From a virus, in IMG/VR virus record IMGVR_UViG_3300021357_000002, positions 6,979 through 70,978 of that record: 64,000 nt of DNA; one strand, given 5' to 3'. The notes beneath the pieces were generated by a model. The model was not told the DNA's origin. It ran no database searches and saw only the letters and a program-made list of their open reading frames with translations. The translations under genes and the position numbers were made by a program. The first letter of the stretch is position 1. Every line of letters begins with the position of its first letter. Of the stretch, positions 1 to 8,780 are shown piece by piece.

Positions 1-160
1 ACTTTGGATTTATCAGAATGTTTAAACCATCCGTACAAGCTGTAGGAATGGTATCGTCCCACTTAAGCTGAAGTGAGCAAAAGATAGAACAGATAAAAGC
101 ATTCTTACTCTTAGCAAACAAATCTACTTTAGCTAAATCTAATGCCTTGTCTTTATCCAA
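1..160 (-). CDS. 5' part of DUF2201-type metallopeptidase/VWA-like protein (N4 gp25-like), truncated by window edge
   Basis: Manual translation from TTG at 160 after an AGGAGG RBS: LDKDKALDLAKVDLFAKSKNAFICSIFCSLQLKWDDTIPTACTDGLNILINPK. The TACTDG..I.INP motif is typical and the gene follows a MoxR ATPase. Confidence 0.6.
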   Translation of the reverse strand, partial: MDKDKALDLAKVDLFAKSKNAFICSIFCSLQLKWDDTIPTACTDGLNILINPK

Positions 161-170
161 AGGAACCTCC

Positions 171-1187
171 TTAGAGCATTCCTTCACCGGAATCATTGGC
201 ATAGCGAGTAACCCAATCCATAACCTCAGGAACTGCTGAAATCATTGGTTTGGCTTTAAACGCATTGCTCAATGCAACAATTTGGAATTCTACTGGTAGA
301 CGATTGATGAACTTCATCAATTGAGGGGCATTTTCTACAGTGATAGAAGATGCAGCATAACCAGCATAAGCAAACTTAACATCAGGACGGTCTTTGATAA
401 CGATACCTTCTGGATTAGCCAGAATCTCTTCAATAGAAGAAACGTCGCCATAGATAGCGCAATACTCAATGAATTCACGAGCAGCACCTCTACCGATTAC
501 ACCCGACAATAAGCCTAAATCAGTTTTGATATCCACTTCCAAACCATTAATGGCTCGGTTAGTGAAGTCCCATGTACGAGGACAAGGGAATGTTTCTCTT
601 AAGTTCTTTGGGTCAAACTTATGAAAGAGTTCTTTCTTAAAGTTTAAGAAGCTTAAGATACGATGGTCTATCTTTTCGGCTATCGCCCAAACAGACCAAT
701 CATCGAAGTTAACTTCTAACTCCATAGAGACAATACGAGACAGAGTTGCACTACTCATTGTGGTAGTAATTGCACCGTCTGTATCTTTGTTGCCAGCCGC
801 AGCAATATACACTTGAGGATGGAGTTTGGTTTGACCAACCATTCCATCTAATAGTTTGTATGCAGCAGCTTGTACGGCTTTAGGTGCAGTATTCATTTCA
901 TCAAGAAATAGTAACCAGCCGTTATAACCTTCAGGGATTACATCCCCAACAATTGGAATGTCTTTAGGTGGATGATACACCGAACGACCATTCTCAATAT
1001 TTGGAAAGCCCAGCAAATCAGTTGGGTCACACTGACCTAAACGAAGGTCAATAACCTTTAACTTTGCTTCTTTAGCAATCTGGCGAATGATTGCAGACTT
1101 ACCAATACCTGGACTACCTTTAATAAAAGGAACTAGTCCTGCCGCAAAAGCTCTTTCAATAGCTTTTTTAATAGCTGAAGGACGCAT
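171..1187 (-). CDS. MoxR-like AAA+ ATPase (N4 gp24-like)
   Basis: Walker A GSPGIGKS, DLRLGQCDPTDLLGFP, Walker B LFLDE, PRTW motif. Start moved to MRPSAIKK (1187) on RBS grounds. Confidence 0.85.
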   Translation of the reverse strand: MRPSAIKKAIERAFAAGLVPFIKGSPGIGKSAIIRQIAKEAKLKVIDLRLGQCDPTDLLGFPNIENGRSVYHPPKDIPIVGDVIPEGYNGWLLFLDEMNTAPKAVQAAAYKLLDGMVGQTKLHPQVYIAAAGNKDTDGAITTTMSSATLSRIVSMELEVNFDDWSVWAIAEKIDHRILSFLNFKKELFHKFDPKNLRETFPCPRTWDFTNRAINGLEVDIKTDLGLLSGVIGRGAAREFIEYCAIYGDVSSIEEILANPEGIVIKDRPDVKFAYAGYAASSITVENAPQLMKFINRLPVEFQIVALSNAFKAKPMISAVPEVMDWVTRYANDSGEGML

Positions 1188-1237
1188 GAGATTACCTTTG
1201 CAGAATAAAAAGCCCACCATTTAGGTAGGCTTAAGGA

Positions 1238-1570
1238 TTAACCAACTTTCAGAAGACGACGAGAATCCATTAAGAATGGAACCACATCACCATCTTCATC
1301 GACGATATGGATAACACAATCATATAACATTGCCGCAGCAGGGCTACCGGGACTCATGTCATTAGCCAATTCATACCCGCGTAAAGCTTTTGGCAGGAAT
1401 TCGGTAACAATACCCGGACGGTCTTCTTCAGGGAATTTAAAGAATCCCGGATTAGCAGGGTGCAGAATTACGATATCCCCTACAGAAATCTGCTGATGGG
1501 ATACGAACATTGCATTGAATGCATTGCGTAATGCATCAATCTTTTCGATTTCAATCTCTGGTTTTGCCAT
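1238..1570 (-). CDS. hypothetical protein
   Basis: 110-aa ORF with GAGG RBS, co-oriented in the operon. Confidence 0.7.
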   Translation of the reverse strand: MAKPEIEIEKIDALRNAFNAMFVSHQQISVGDIVILHPANPGFFKFPEEDRPGIVTEFLPKALRGYELANDMSPGSPAAAMLYDCVIHIVDEDGDVVPFLMDSRRLLKVG

Positions 1571-1624
1571 TATATTGGCTCCTATTCAGATGTTAAAACA
1601 GAGAATCAAATGATTCCCAAAGAA

Positions 1625-2050
1625 TTATTTCTGTGCAGCAGGATGGATGAAGAACACACCTGCAACGCCAGTAGGCAGCGTATATTGAGATTCAACATAC
1701 GTTACGGTTGGAGCACGACCAAAGTTCTCTTCGAACTCACGCCATGCATGTAAACCGATTTCCAGATTTTCCATGATGATTTCATCATTGAATTTCTGTT
1801 TTTCCAGATGGTTCAGAACATCCATAGCAAACTGGTGACGTTCCAGACAGGTGCAGCCAGCAGCTTTATGGTCATGGCTATCGGCAATTTCTTTGCCCAT
1901 TTCTTCCAGCAACTCACGAGGAGTCTGGCTAGCTCGGGACAGATGGTCCAACATACCAACACCAACTACGGCAATTACTTTATGACCAGAGTTCAGCATC
2001 AGGTCTTTAACGATTGCTACAGCTTCTTTTTGCTTATCGGACAGTGCCAT
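1625..2050 (-). CDS. hypothetical protein
   Basis: ORF track gives 1625-2098; probable start MALSDKQ at 2050, coupled to the upstream stop. Confidence 0.65.
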   Translation of the reverse strand: MALSDKQKEAVAIVKDLMLNSGHKVIAVVGVGMLDHLSRASQTPRELLEEMGKEIADSHDHKAAGCTCLERHQFAMDVLNHLEKQKFNDEIIMENLEIGLHAWREFEENFGRAPTVTYVESQYTLPTGVAGVFFIHPAAQK

Positions 2051-2051
2051 T

Positions 2052-2363
2052 TCATTTACCTTCAGATTGTTTAACAAGTTGTTCCAACAGTTGAGCAATA
2101 CCAGTACCGAGTTCTTCGATACGTTCCCCTAACTGCTGAAGAGAAGTGAGTTCGCTTTCACGAACTTCTTTATTAATTAAACTTTTCGCTAAAGAGTTAA
2201 GGGACTGGAAGTAACCAATATTACTTAAGTTAACTGTTCCAGCTTTAACTCCAGATTGAATAGTTTTCTTTTCAGCCAACACATATGTATAACCATTGGA
2301 AGTAACTACGTACTTATCACCAATAGGAATATTAAGTTTGGAGACTGGTTCTTTAGCCATCAC
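2052..2363 (-). CDS. DUF5405-like phage protein
   Basis: IPIGDKYVVTSNGYTYVLAEKK...GYFQSLNSLAKSLINKEVRESELTSL resembles DUF5405. Confidence 0.6.
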   Translation of the reverse strand: MMAKEPVSKLNIPIGDKYVVTSNGYTYVLAEKKTIQSGVKAGTVNLSNIGYFQSLNSLAKSLINKEVRESELTSLQQLGERIEELGTGIAQLLEQLVKQSEGK

Positions 2364-2373
2364 ATTCTCCGAG

Positions 2374-2399
2374 AAAAAATAAAGCTACCAGAAGGTAGC
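2374..2399 (-). terminator. intrinsic terminator
   Basis: GCTACC-TTCT-GGTAGC followed by TTTATTTTTT on the minus strand. Confidence 0.6.
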
Positions 2400-2405
2400 C
2401 TTAAA

Positions 2406-2431
2406 CCAAAGACAGCGCCGTAGGCGCTTAA
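2406..2431 (-). promoter_or_regulatory. class-2 template-strand hairpin element (copy 1)
   Basis: CCAAAGAC-AGCGCC-GTA-GGCGCT-TAA, nearly identical to 20648-20673. Confidence 0.45.
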
Positions 2432-2589
2432 ACAGGAATAACTTTCTCTGCTAATTTATTGAGATTATATCGATTGATATACTCTCGACGTTCCTCTTGC
2501 AGACGAGCTACTTCAGCCTCATGTCCAGCTATCTTAGAGTCAAATTCTTTGATGTTGTGCATGTGACGTTCTAAATCGAACTTAGTCAT
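2428..2589 (-). CDS. small coiled-coil hypothetical protein (53 aa, not in ORF track)
   Basis: MTKFDLERHMHNIKEFDSKIAGHEAEVARLQEERREYINRYNLNKLAEKVIPV*; fills the gap after dUTPase. Confidence 0.65.
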   Translation of the reverse strand: MTKFDLERHMHNIKEFDSKIAGHEAEVARLQEERREYINRYNLNKLAEKVIPV

Positions 2590-2600
2590 TGGCTCACCCA

Positions 2601-3050
2601 TTACTTAACTCCGGTAGAGTTAAAACCACCTTCACCACGTTCAGTAGACTCAAATGAATCCACTACAACGAACTCAGGCTGCATTACAGGCACGATTACC
2701 ATCTGAGCAATACGGTCACCAGGGTTAACAGTAAAAGGCTCTGTAGAGCGATTCCAGAGGCTTACCATGAGTTCACCCTGATAGTCTGAATCAATCAGAC
2801 CAGTGAGGTTCCCAAGCACTACACCATGCTTATGGCCTAGACCTGAACGAGGAAGAATCATTGCTGCATACTTCACATCATCCAAATGAATAGCTAAGCC
2901 AGTTTCAACTAACTTGGTTTCACCTGGCTTCAATTCAAATGGTTCAGGAGTGTTAGCACGTAAGTCCACACCAGCAGAACCTTCAGTAGCTCTTGCAGGT
3001 ACAGACATGTTTGGATTATTAAATGGAAGTACTCTAAGTTTAACTTGCAT
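2601..3050 (-). CDS. dut: trimeric dUTPase
   Basis: Motifs [37 protein letters not shown]. Confidence 0.97.
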   Translation of the reverse strand: MQVKLRVLPFNNPNMSVPARATEGSAGVDLRANTPEPFELKPGETKLVETGLAIHLDDVKYAAMILPRSGLGHKHGVVLGNLTGLIDSDYQGELMVSLWNRSTEPFTVNPGDRIAQMVIVPVMQPEFVVVDSFESTERGEGGFNSTGVK

Positions 3051-3107
3051 AAATGTTCCTTAGTTTTATAGGAATGCCACCATACAGATAGCATTTATAT
3101 AAAACTA

Positions 3108-3128
3108 AAAGCCTCCCCGAAGGGAGGC
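3108..3128 (-). terminator. intrinsic terminator (UUCG loop)
   Basis: GCCTCCC-TTCG-GGGAGGC-TTTT. Confidence 0.75.
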
Positions 3129-3135
3129 TAGTAGT

Positions 3136-4071
3136 TTACCATTCCATAGACACACCAGCACCAAAGACGAAATCATCTTGAGTGGTGGCAGCTACTGATG
3201 CTTTGGTTACTACATTCTCGTTAAAACGAGCACTCATACCAACAGCAAGACCTTGTTCACTGTCATATGAGCCAACGCCAGCACCAACTGAGAATGAACT
3301 ATTCTGACTTACCTGCGGGATATTAGCCATAGCAGCTACACCTGCGATACCAGCAGAAGCATTCTTACGGTTCTCATCAATACGTTTACCCATATTGGCA
3401 AAACGTTGATTGGTGGATTTTTCAAAAGCATCCTGACGCTTAGAGATAGATTTATTGGCTTCGGTATTAGCATTGACCTGAGTCATATCTGCATCTTTAC
3501 CATTCAGGCCATTAACTCCAGCAATACCTTGTTTGCCTTCATCACCTTTAGCGCCATCTTTACCATCGGCTCCATTAAGACCGTCTTTCCCGTTAAGACC
3601 ATCTTTACCAGCAGTACCTGTTTCGCCTTGGATACCTTGCTCACCACGTTCACCTTGAGCACCAGTATCCCCTTTGGCTCCATCTTTGCCGTCAACACCA
3701 TCACGACCATTAGTACCGTTGATTCCATTTAATCCGTCCTTCCCATCCTTGCCAGATGCTCCGGTATCTCCCTTATCGCCTTTGTCACCTTTGGCTCCGT
3801 CGATACCATCCTTACCGTCTTTGCCATCTTGTCCTTTAATGACAGTGTGTTCACCATTAATAGTGACATTTTCAATATCACCAGTGAACTCCACATTTAA
3901 CTCGGAATTATTACAATTCCAAGTAGAGGCACATTGACTGATATGAACTAAACCAGTTCCATCACCAACAACAGTAACATCTCCACGAGAGTTGTTATTG
4001 TTATCCTTTGCTACAGAAGCAAAAGACATAGAGGCCAATGTAAGGCCGAGTACTACTACAATTTTACGCAT
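3136..4071 (-). CDS. YadA-type trimeric autotransporter anchor protein with collagen-like Gly-X-Y repeats
   Basis: Signal peptide, long GXY run, coiled coil, then ASAGIAGVAAMANIPQ...VGAGVGSYDSEQGLAVGMSARF...FVFGAGVSMEW beta-barrel anchor ending in W. Confidence 0.9.
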   Translation of the reverse strand: MRKIVVVLGLTLASMSFASVAKDNNNNSRGDVTVVGDGTGLVHISQCASTWNCNNSELNVEFTGDIENVTINGEHTVIKGQDGKDGKDGIDGAKGDKGDKGDTGASGKDGKDGLNGINGTNGRDGVDGKDGAKGDTGAQGERGEQGIQGETGTAGKDGLNGKDGLNGADGKDGAKGDEGKQGIAGVNGLNGKDADMTQVNANTEANKSISKRQDAFEKSTNQRFANMGKRIDENRKNASAGIAGVAAMANIPQVSQNSSFSVGAGVGSYDSEQGLAVGMSARFNENVVTKASVAATTQDDFVFGAGVSMEW

Positions 4072-4095
4072 TTAGAGTCTCCCGGCCTTAGCCGA

Positions 4096-4491
4096 TTAAG
4101 GTTTAATTAAGGATGCTGCATACTCTAATAAGTAGAGTTTTGGGGCTACCCATATTTTTAGCCAATCAAGATTGCACCAAAATACGAATATCATTATGAA
4201 GGATATAAATCCCCATATGATACATACGGTGGTGTATAGTACATCTTGCTCAGCAGTAGTGGTGTTCTGGTTTTTAAACCACCATTTAAATTTAATGGCC
4301 ATCCAAACTACATATCCAATGATGATGGAAGTAGCAAAGAACCAAATCATAAAACTAAAAGTAAAGTTCCATATAAGAAGCTGTTTTAAAACTTCCGGTA
4401 TTTGTTCTTTACCAAATTGAATAGCAGCATCTGCACCAGAGGTAACTCTGGTAATGATATCTGCTAATACTTTTTGTAGTTGGTCATTCAT
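4096..4491 (-). CDS. membrane protein (2 predicted TM segments)
   Basis: Two hydrophobic aromatic-rich stretches. Confidence 0.7.
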   Translation of the reverse strand: MNDQLQKVLADIITRVTSGADAAIQFGKEQIPEVLKQLLIWNFTFSFMIWFFATSIIIGYVVWMAIKFKWWFKNQNTTTAEQDVLYTTVCIIWGFISFIMIFVFWCNLDWLKIWVAPKLYLLEYAASLIKP

Positions 4492-4748
4492 TTATCAATT
4501 GCCTTTGGATTAATTACAGAATTAGGCAAGCAACTGAGACTGTAGCTATCACTACGCACAGCTTTGTCAGCCGGAGCGTATAATACCCAACAAGTAACAG
4601 CCGCATCGTCGTCGTGTACACGCTGAATCTCTACCTTTTCAAATACAGGATTTACTCTGAATTCACTGCCGTAGGCAGTACGACCAATTAAGATAGCTAC
4701 AAGAGCTATAAAACAAACAATGATGATTTTCCATTCTCTTTTAGACAT
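4488..4748 (-). CDS. exported or membrane-anchored small protein
   Basis: Basic N-terminus plus hydrophobic segment; HDDDAAVTCWV...SLSCLP with a Cys pair. Confidence 0.65.
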   Translation of the reverse strand: MSKREWKIIIVCFIALVAILIGRTAYGSEFRVNPVFEKVEIQRVHDDDAAVTCWVLYAPADKAVRSDSYSLSCLPNSVINPKAIDK

Positions 4749-4909
4749 ATGACATATTCCTCTCGTTTAAAGTAATAAGAGAAATATCTCCAACCAGTCC
4801 ATAAATAGACTTGGATATATCCTCCCTTGTTATAGATGTTATGAGCGTCATATAGACGCCCATCTAACCAGATTTTAGTGAATGGTTTGACCTGATGGGC
4901 TTTCACCAT
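4706..4909 (-). CDS. hypothetical protein
   Basis: Probable start MVKAHQVKP at 4909 (track extends to 5023 but overlaps the next ORF). Confidence 0.5.
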   Translation of the reverse strand: MVKAHQVKPFTKIWLDGRLYDAHNIYNKGGYIQVYLWTGWRYFSYYFKREEYVICLKENGKSSLFVL

Positions 4910-5225
4910 TAGATAGTGATTCTTCTTGCGGAGTGGATTGCATATCTGTTGGGTCTGAGCATTCATACCAAAAACCTTTTTCATGGTCCCAGAATAGCCA
5001 TTGTCCACTGGCATCCTGTGCAATAAATGAGTGTTCAGGAACTGTTCCAGGAGTAGGGTTATTAAACCCTACATCAGCAGTATCAAGGATTTCATCCTTA
5101 CCTGATTGTTCATACATAACCCATACCTTGTCATGGTACATGCCTTTAACCACAACGTTTACACGAGTTTGTTCAGGGTCTTTAAGGAAGACCATACCTA
5201 ACATGTAACCTACTTTTACGTTCAT
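4875..5225 (-). CDS. hypothetical protein
   Basis: 116-aa ORF coupled to the upstream gene (TAATG overlap). Confidence 0.65.
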   Translation of the reverse strand: MNVKVGYMLGMVFLKDPEQTRVNVVVKGMYHDKVWVMYEQSGKDEILDTADVGFNNPTPGTVPEHSFIAQDASGQWLFWDHEKGFWYECSDPTDMQSTPQEESLSNGESPSGQTIH

Positions 5226-5605
5226 TAATCCATTCTCCCAATTAGTCTCGCTTCGCCATTGACCGTTAACACGGTCATGGCTCGCTCGTACTGCCAGAAT
5301 CTGATATCCAGACCAGCAGTATTATTTAAATGATATACAGCGATTGGGTACTCTGGTTCATCTCCTGGATAGGTAAGTAACCCATCCTTAAAACCAGATT
5401 CAGTTTCAGAAGGAAGCATAGGACTTCCATACTGATACACTTCCCAAATCTTATAGCCAATATCAGTTTCATCATTGGCAAGCTGTGAAGCACGAATAAC
5501 AATCTGGGGAATGAACCCCAGAGAGTCACGAATACGATTCTTAGGAATCACTGCATAGTGGCCCATAGGGTCAGTAGACAGTGTCACATTAGTAAAGATA
5601 CCCAT
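5225..5605 (-). CDS. hypothetical protein
   Basis: 126-aa ORF with AAGGA RBS after RNAP exon 2. Confidence 0.7.
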   Translation of the reverse strand: MGIFTNVTLSTDPMGHYAVIPKNRIRDSLGFIPQIVIRASQLANDETDIGYKIWEVYQYGSPMLPSETESGFKDGLLTYPGDEPEYPIAVYHLNNTAGLDIRFWQYERAMTVLTVNGEARLIGRMD

Positions 5606-5614
5606 TGGTTTTCC

Positions 5615-5806
5615 TTAGCTGAGCATATAGTTACTCTGACGAATGAGAGTAGACAGGTCATTAGACAGTTTGCCTACCGGAACACGTTTACCTGCAATTT
5701 GAGATGCCATAGCTTGCAGCATTGTGCTATCTGCAATTTGAGCAAAGATATCGATATAGTTCTGACGTACTTCATTCATGTACAAAGGATGACATTTGAA
5801 GCAATC
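5615..5806 (-). CDS. RNA polymerase II subunit 2 (N4 gp16-like), exon 2
   Basis: Begins DCFKCHP; joined to exon 1 it restores catalytic motif C (AIH|DCF). Confidence 0.9.
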   Translation of the reverse strand, partial: DCFKCHPLYMNEVRQNYIDIFAQIADSTMLQAMASQIAGKRVPVGKLSNDLSTLIRQSNYMLS

Positions 5807-6604
5807 CAAAGATTCAAGGTAAGACGCTACTCTTACCTTCGTTGTTAACTGCCTTAGATTTCTCTAAGGATTGGACTATATCATCTACGTTACCGTAGCT
5901 TCGCACTTCGACCACCAATAGCTTGTGGCCTACTCTACTCAGTTCACCATATGGTGCTTTTCGATAGTCTCTGAACCTTCCTTAAAAATACTGGTCGGAT
6001 ATATTTTTCCAGTATCTTTTACTCATGATGCCCTTAATCTGGCATCTTGAACGACTATATTTCTTAGAGAGTTCTGTAACAGTAAAAGTACTTTGTGCAA
6101 TATCACTACAAAGTAGATGCACTTCTTCAGCAGTAAGCTGTTTATAGCTTCTTTTGCTTTTGTTAGTGCAATTACGACTTCTCACCGAATCTAATAAGTT
6201 AGATATACCATTATTGTTTCTAACAGAATCAAAATGGTCTACCTCTTCTGGAATATATCCATGATACAACCAGAAGATTAATCGATGCTTCATTCGTAAT
6301 TTACCATTACACCATACACGTACATAACCATCTTGGTTTAAAGACCCGATATCTAACGATACTCGTTTCTTCCCACCTTTTTGATTAACTAGTACGTCCA
6401 ACCTACCTGTAGAAAAATCTACAGATTTTAATTGGTTCTCTTTGAAATAAATAAAGTCTTGTTCTTCTTGAGTCATACTGTTCTCCCCTTTGTATATTAT
6501 TACTATACATGTAGGGTTTACTAAGTACAAGGCTTGGCTGCTGATTGGCATATCCTAAAGGACTTAGCTTTCCAGCAATTCACGAAGTTTTAAATCCACC
6601 ATTG
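5807..6604 (-). mobile_element. group I intron (IA-like, 798 nt) in the RNAP II subunit 2 gene
   Basis: P1 AUCCAU/GUGGAU with U.G at the 5' splice site; core motifs P (AATTGCTGGAAA), Q (AATCAGCAG), R (GTTCAGAGACTA), S (GATATAGTCC); terminal G at 5807; splicing restores frame. Confidence 0.92.
5982..6476 (-). CDS. intron-encoded HNH homing endonuclease with C-terminal HTH-like region
   Basis: HRLIFWLYHGYIPEEVDHFDSVRNNNGISNL; lies between intron Q and R motifs; start MTQEEQ after a GGGGAG RBS. Confidence 0.85.
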   Translation of the reverse strand: MTQEEQDFIYFKENQLKSVDFSTGRLDVLVNQKGGKKRVSLDIGSLNQDGYVRVWCNGKLRMKHRLIFWLYHGYIPEEVDHFDSVRNNNGISNLLDSVRSRNCTNKSKRSYKQLTAEEVHLLCSDIAQSTFTVTELSKKYSRSRCQIKGIMSKRYWKNISDQYF

Positions 6605-7651
6605 ATGGATTGCAACGATTGGGAATGGTTTATGAGCCAACATCTTCTCAATGATTTCGATGAGTTGGTTCTTAATCCAGAGAGGTACTAAATGAACATT
6701 CAGATGGTCAATATACTCAACTAATACAGCAGATACAAAACGATGTTTTTCAGCTAACTGTACAGCCCTCTGAAGCTTCTTATCATTTACGGTATAGTTC
6801 ACAATACCTGTAGTAGCAGAACCTGTCAGAAGCTCATACACACGTTGTACTTTGACCTTATCATAGTTAGCACGACGATTCATTTCACGTACTACCATCC
6901 CATCCACTGAGTGAATAGTATTAGCAGCAAGTGATAGACCAAAGTCCTGACCTTCATTAACCCAATAGCGGTGAGTGAATGAGCTATCCAGTTCATTTAC
7001 TTCAAAGCTTGCTTCCTTCATGGTCATTACCTTAACGACAGCAGTGAAGCCGTCTGGTAATTCCCACATATGCTGAAGTGCTTTAGGCTGCCAGAGATTA
7101 ATTAAATCATCCCGCAGCATGTTTGCACCTGGTGCAATAATTTGAACCATCTCATAGAACTTTTGAAGCTCTATAGTGTTCTCACCAAACACACTCTTAG
7201 GGTTGGCTTGAGAGCCATAGAAGTGTGTCATAATCGCGCCCTTAACATCTTTACGGTCTACCTTATCAATCTTACCTTCCAGCAGATTGCCCATGACTTT
7301 ATAGCCATCGGTATACGCATCCTTACGTACATTAGGGTTAACCAGATTTACTGTTTCAGCAGTAACCTTACAGCCTGTGAGTGCAGCCATGCACTGTAAT
7401 CCAGATGCAGTAGCATCCATACCTACCATATAACCAATTGGTTTACCTTCGAGTACATCTTGGTAAGCCAACATACCTGCATAGAACTGAGCAGGTTCAT
7501 CTGCATCATCTACCAGACCAGATAAGCTACCCTTATTTTCATTGAACCAGTTAAGACGGTTATCGAATGTTTCTTTGTCTAAGCCAAAGGAGTTAGCTAC
7601 ATCTAATTTGATATACTGGAAAGCAGAGAAAGTTTGCATCTTGAGTCTCAC
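6605..7651 (-). CDS. RNA polymerase II subunit 2 (N4 gp16-like), exon 1
   Basis: T7-like motif A DATASGLQ, motif B RKDVKGAIMTHFYG, ANTIHSVDG; ends IVAIH at the splice site. Confidence 0.93.
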
Positions 7652-7860
7652 TTATTTAGTTGAGAGAAGGTTTGGATAATTTGGTCTGAATAAGCACTTG
7701 GGTGTCTTACTTGAAGTAGTGGGCATACTCCACATTGACTTTTACACTTCCAAGGATTTGTAAGTGTTCCTGTTAAATTGAATATATCTCCTCTACATGA
7801 ACCATCTTTAACTGAATAATTTCTGAATGAATCTAATATAAGAATCAATTCATCATTCAT
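7648..7860 (-). CDS. small Cys4 paralog family member
   Basis: MNDELILIL...C..C-KSQ-C-GV-C-PL...YSDQIIQ. Confidence 0.7.
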   Translation of the reverse strand: MNDELILILDSFRNYSVKDGSCRGDIFNLTGTLTNPWKCKSQCGVCPLLQVRHPSAYSDQIIQTFSQLNK

Positions 7861-8039
7861 AGATTCACCAATATTATCCGACTTGAATATCTATGTTCTG
7901 TATTACGGGATGTTAATATGCAGTTATGACAAGCAATACCTAAACAACTAAAATCTATAAATTTAGTTCCTAAACAGTTTTCTCCTAATTCAGATAGCTT
8001 TTTTAATTCTTTCAGAATTAGAACCAATTCTTTATTCAT
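7857..8039 (-). CDS. small Cys4 paralog family member
   Basis: MNKELVLIL...[12 protein letters not shown]...YSSRII. Confidence 0.7.
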   Translation of the reverse strand: MNKELVLILKELKKLSELGENCLGTKFIDFSCLGIACHNCILTSRNTEHRYSSRIILVNL

Positions 8040-8529
8040 TTCTTGGACGCCTATTTTGAGCCTGTACTTGCATAGTTACCCATCTGCAATTATCAGGAGA
8101 ATAGTTTCCATTTGTGTCTATACGGTCTATGGTTAAATCTTCTTTATACCCATTTTCATAAGCCCATTTTGAAAATGATTCATACTCATCCCATACAGAA
8201 TCTATGGATATCCCTCTACCACCATAATAGATATAGTCACTTGCATTAGAGTTATTACATCTCATTCGCATTCTGCACCAAATCCCATATAATCTGGCAC
8301 TAGATTCTCCATGTGTAGTTCTAATTTTCTTAATAGTAGCTTTTCTTAAACAGCCACAAGATTTTGTCCTTCCACTTTTAATTTCTGTTGTAGATTGTTC
8401 TTGTATATTCCCACAAGTACATTGGGTAACTACATAAAATACTTTTCGATTTCCTCTAATTCTTGGAGTTGCCTCACTTAAGACAGTTAATTGTCCAAAT
8501 ACTTGTCCTACTATATTTAATTTTTTCAT
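8032..8529 (-). CDS. free-standing HNH homing endonuclease
   Basis: [14 protein letters not shown]...[31 protein letters not shown]. Confidence 0.88.
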   Translation of the reverse strand: MKKLNIVGQVFGQLTVLSEATPRIRGNRKVFYVVTQCTCGNIQEQSTTEIKSGRTKSCGCLRKATIKKIRTTHGESSARLYGIWCRMRMRCNNSNASDYIYYGGRGISIDSVWDEYESFSKWAYENGYKEDLTIDRIDTNGNYSPDNCRWVTMQVQAQNRRPRNE

Positions 8530-8538
8530 ATAGCCCTT

Positions 8539-8778
8539 TTATTCATTATCAGGAATGATTCCCAGCATCCTCCCTGCTGCATCTAAACCAAAGATAGTTT
8601 TCTTAATCTCTTCTTCGGAGAGATAGAACAATGCACATTTAGTTTTGTCGTGCTCAGCACCACAGAATTTTTCACATGCAGGATGGGTACTACAGAAATG
8701 CTTTTCTAACTCATCAGGGATATCACGCAGTAACAGTGTAATCTTAATGAGTTGTTCTGGTTTGGATAATTCAGCCAT
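8539..8778 (-). CDS. hypothetical Cys-containing protein (possible distant Cys4 paralog)
   Basis: QLIKITLLL...C-STHPA-C-EKF-C...C-ALF; lacks the CxxC pair. Confidence 0.6.
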   Translation of the reverse strand: MAELSKPEQLIKITLLLRDIPDELEKHFCSTHPACEKFCGAEHDKTKCALFYLSEEEIKKTIFGLDAAGRMLGIIPDNE

Positions 8779-8780
8779 TA

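Noticed and set aside
3406-3937. Overlapping ORFs 3406-3732, 3504-3728 and 3674-3937
   Set aside because: They are shadow frames of the collagen repeat.
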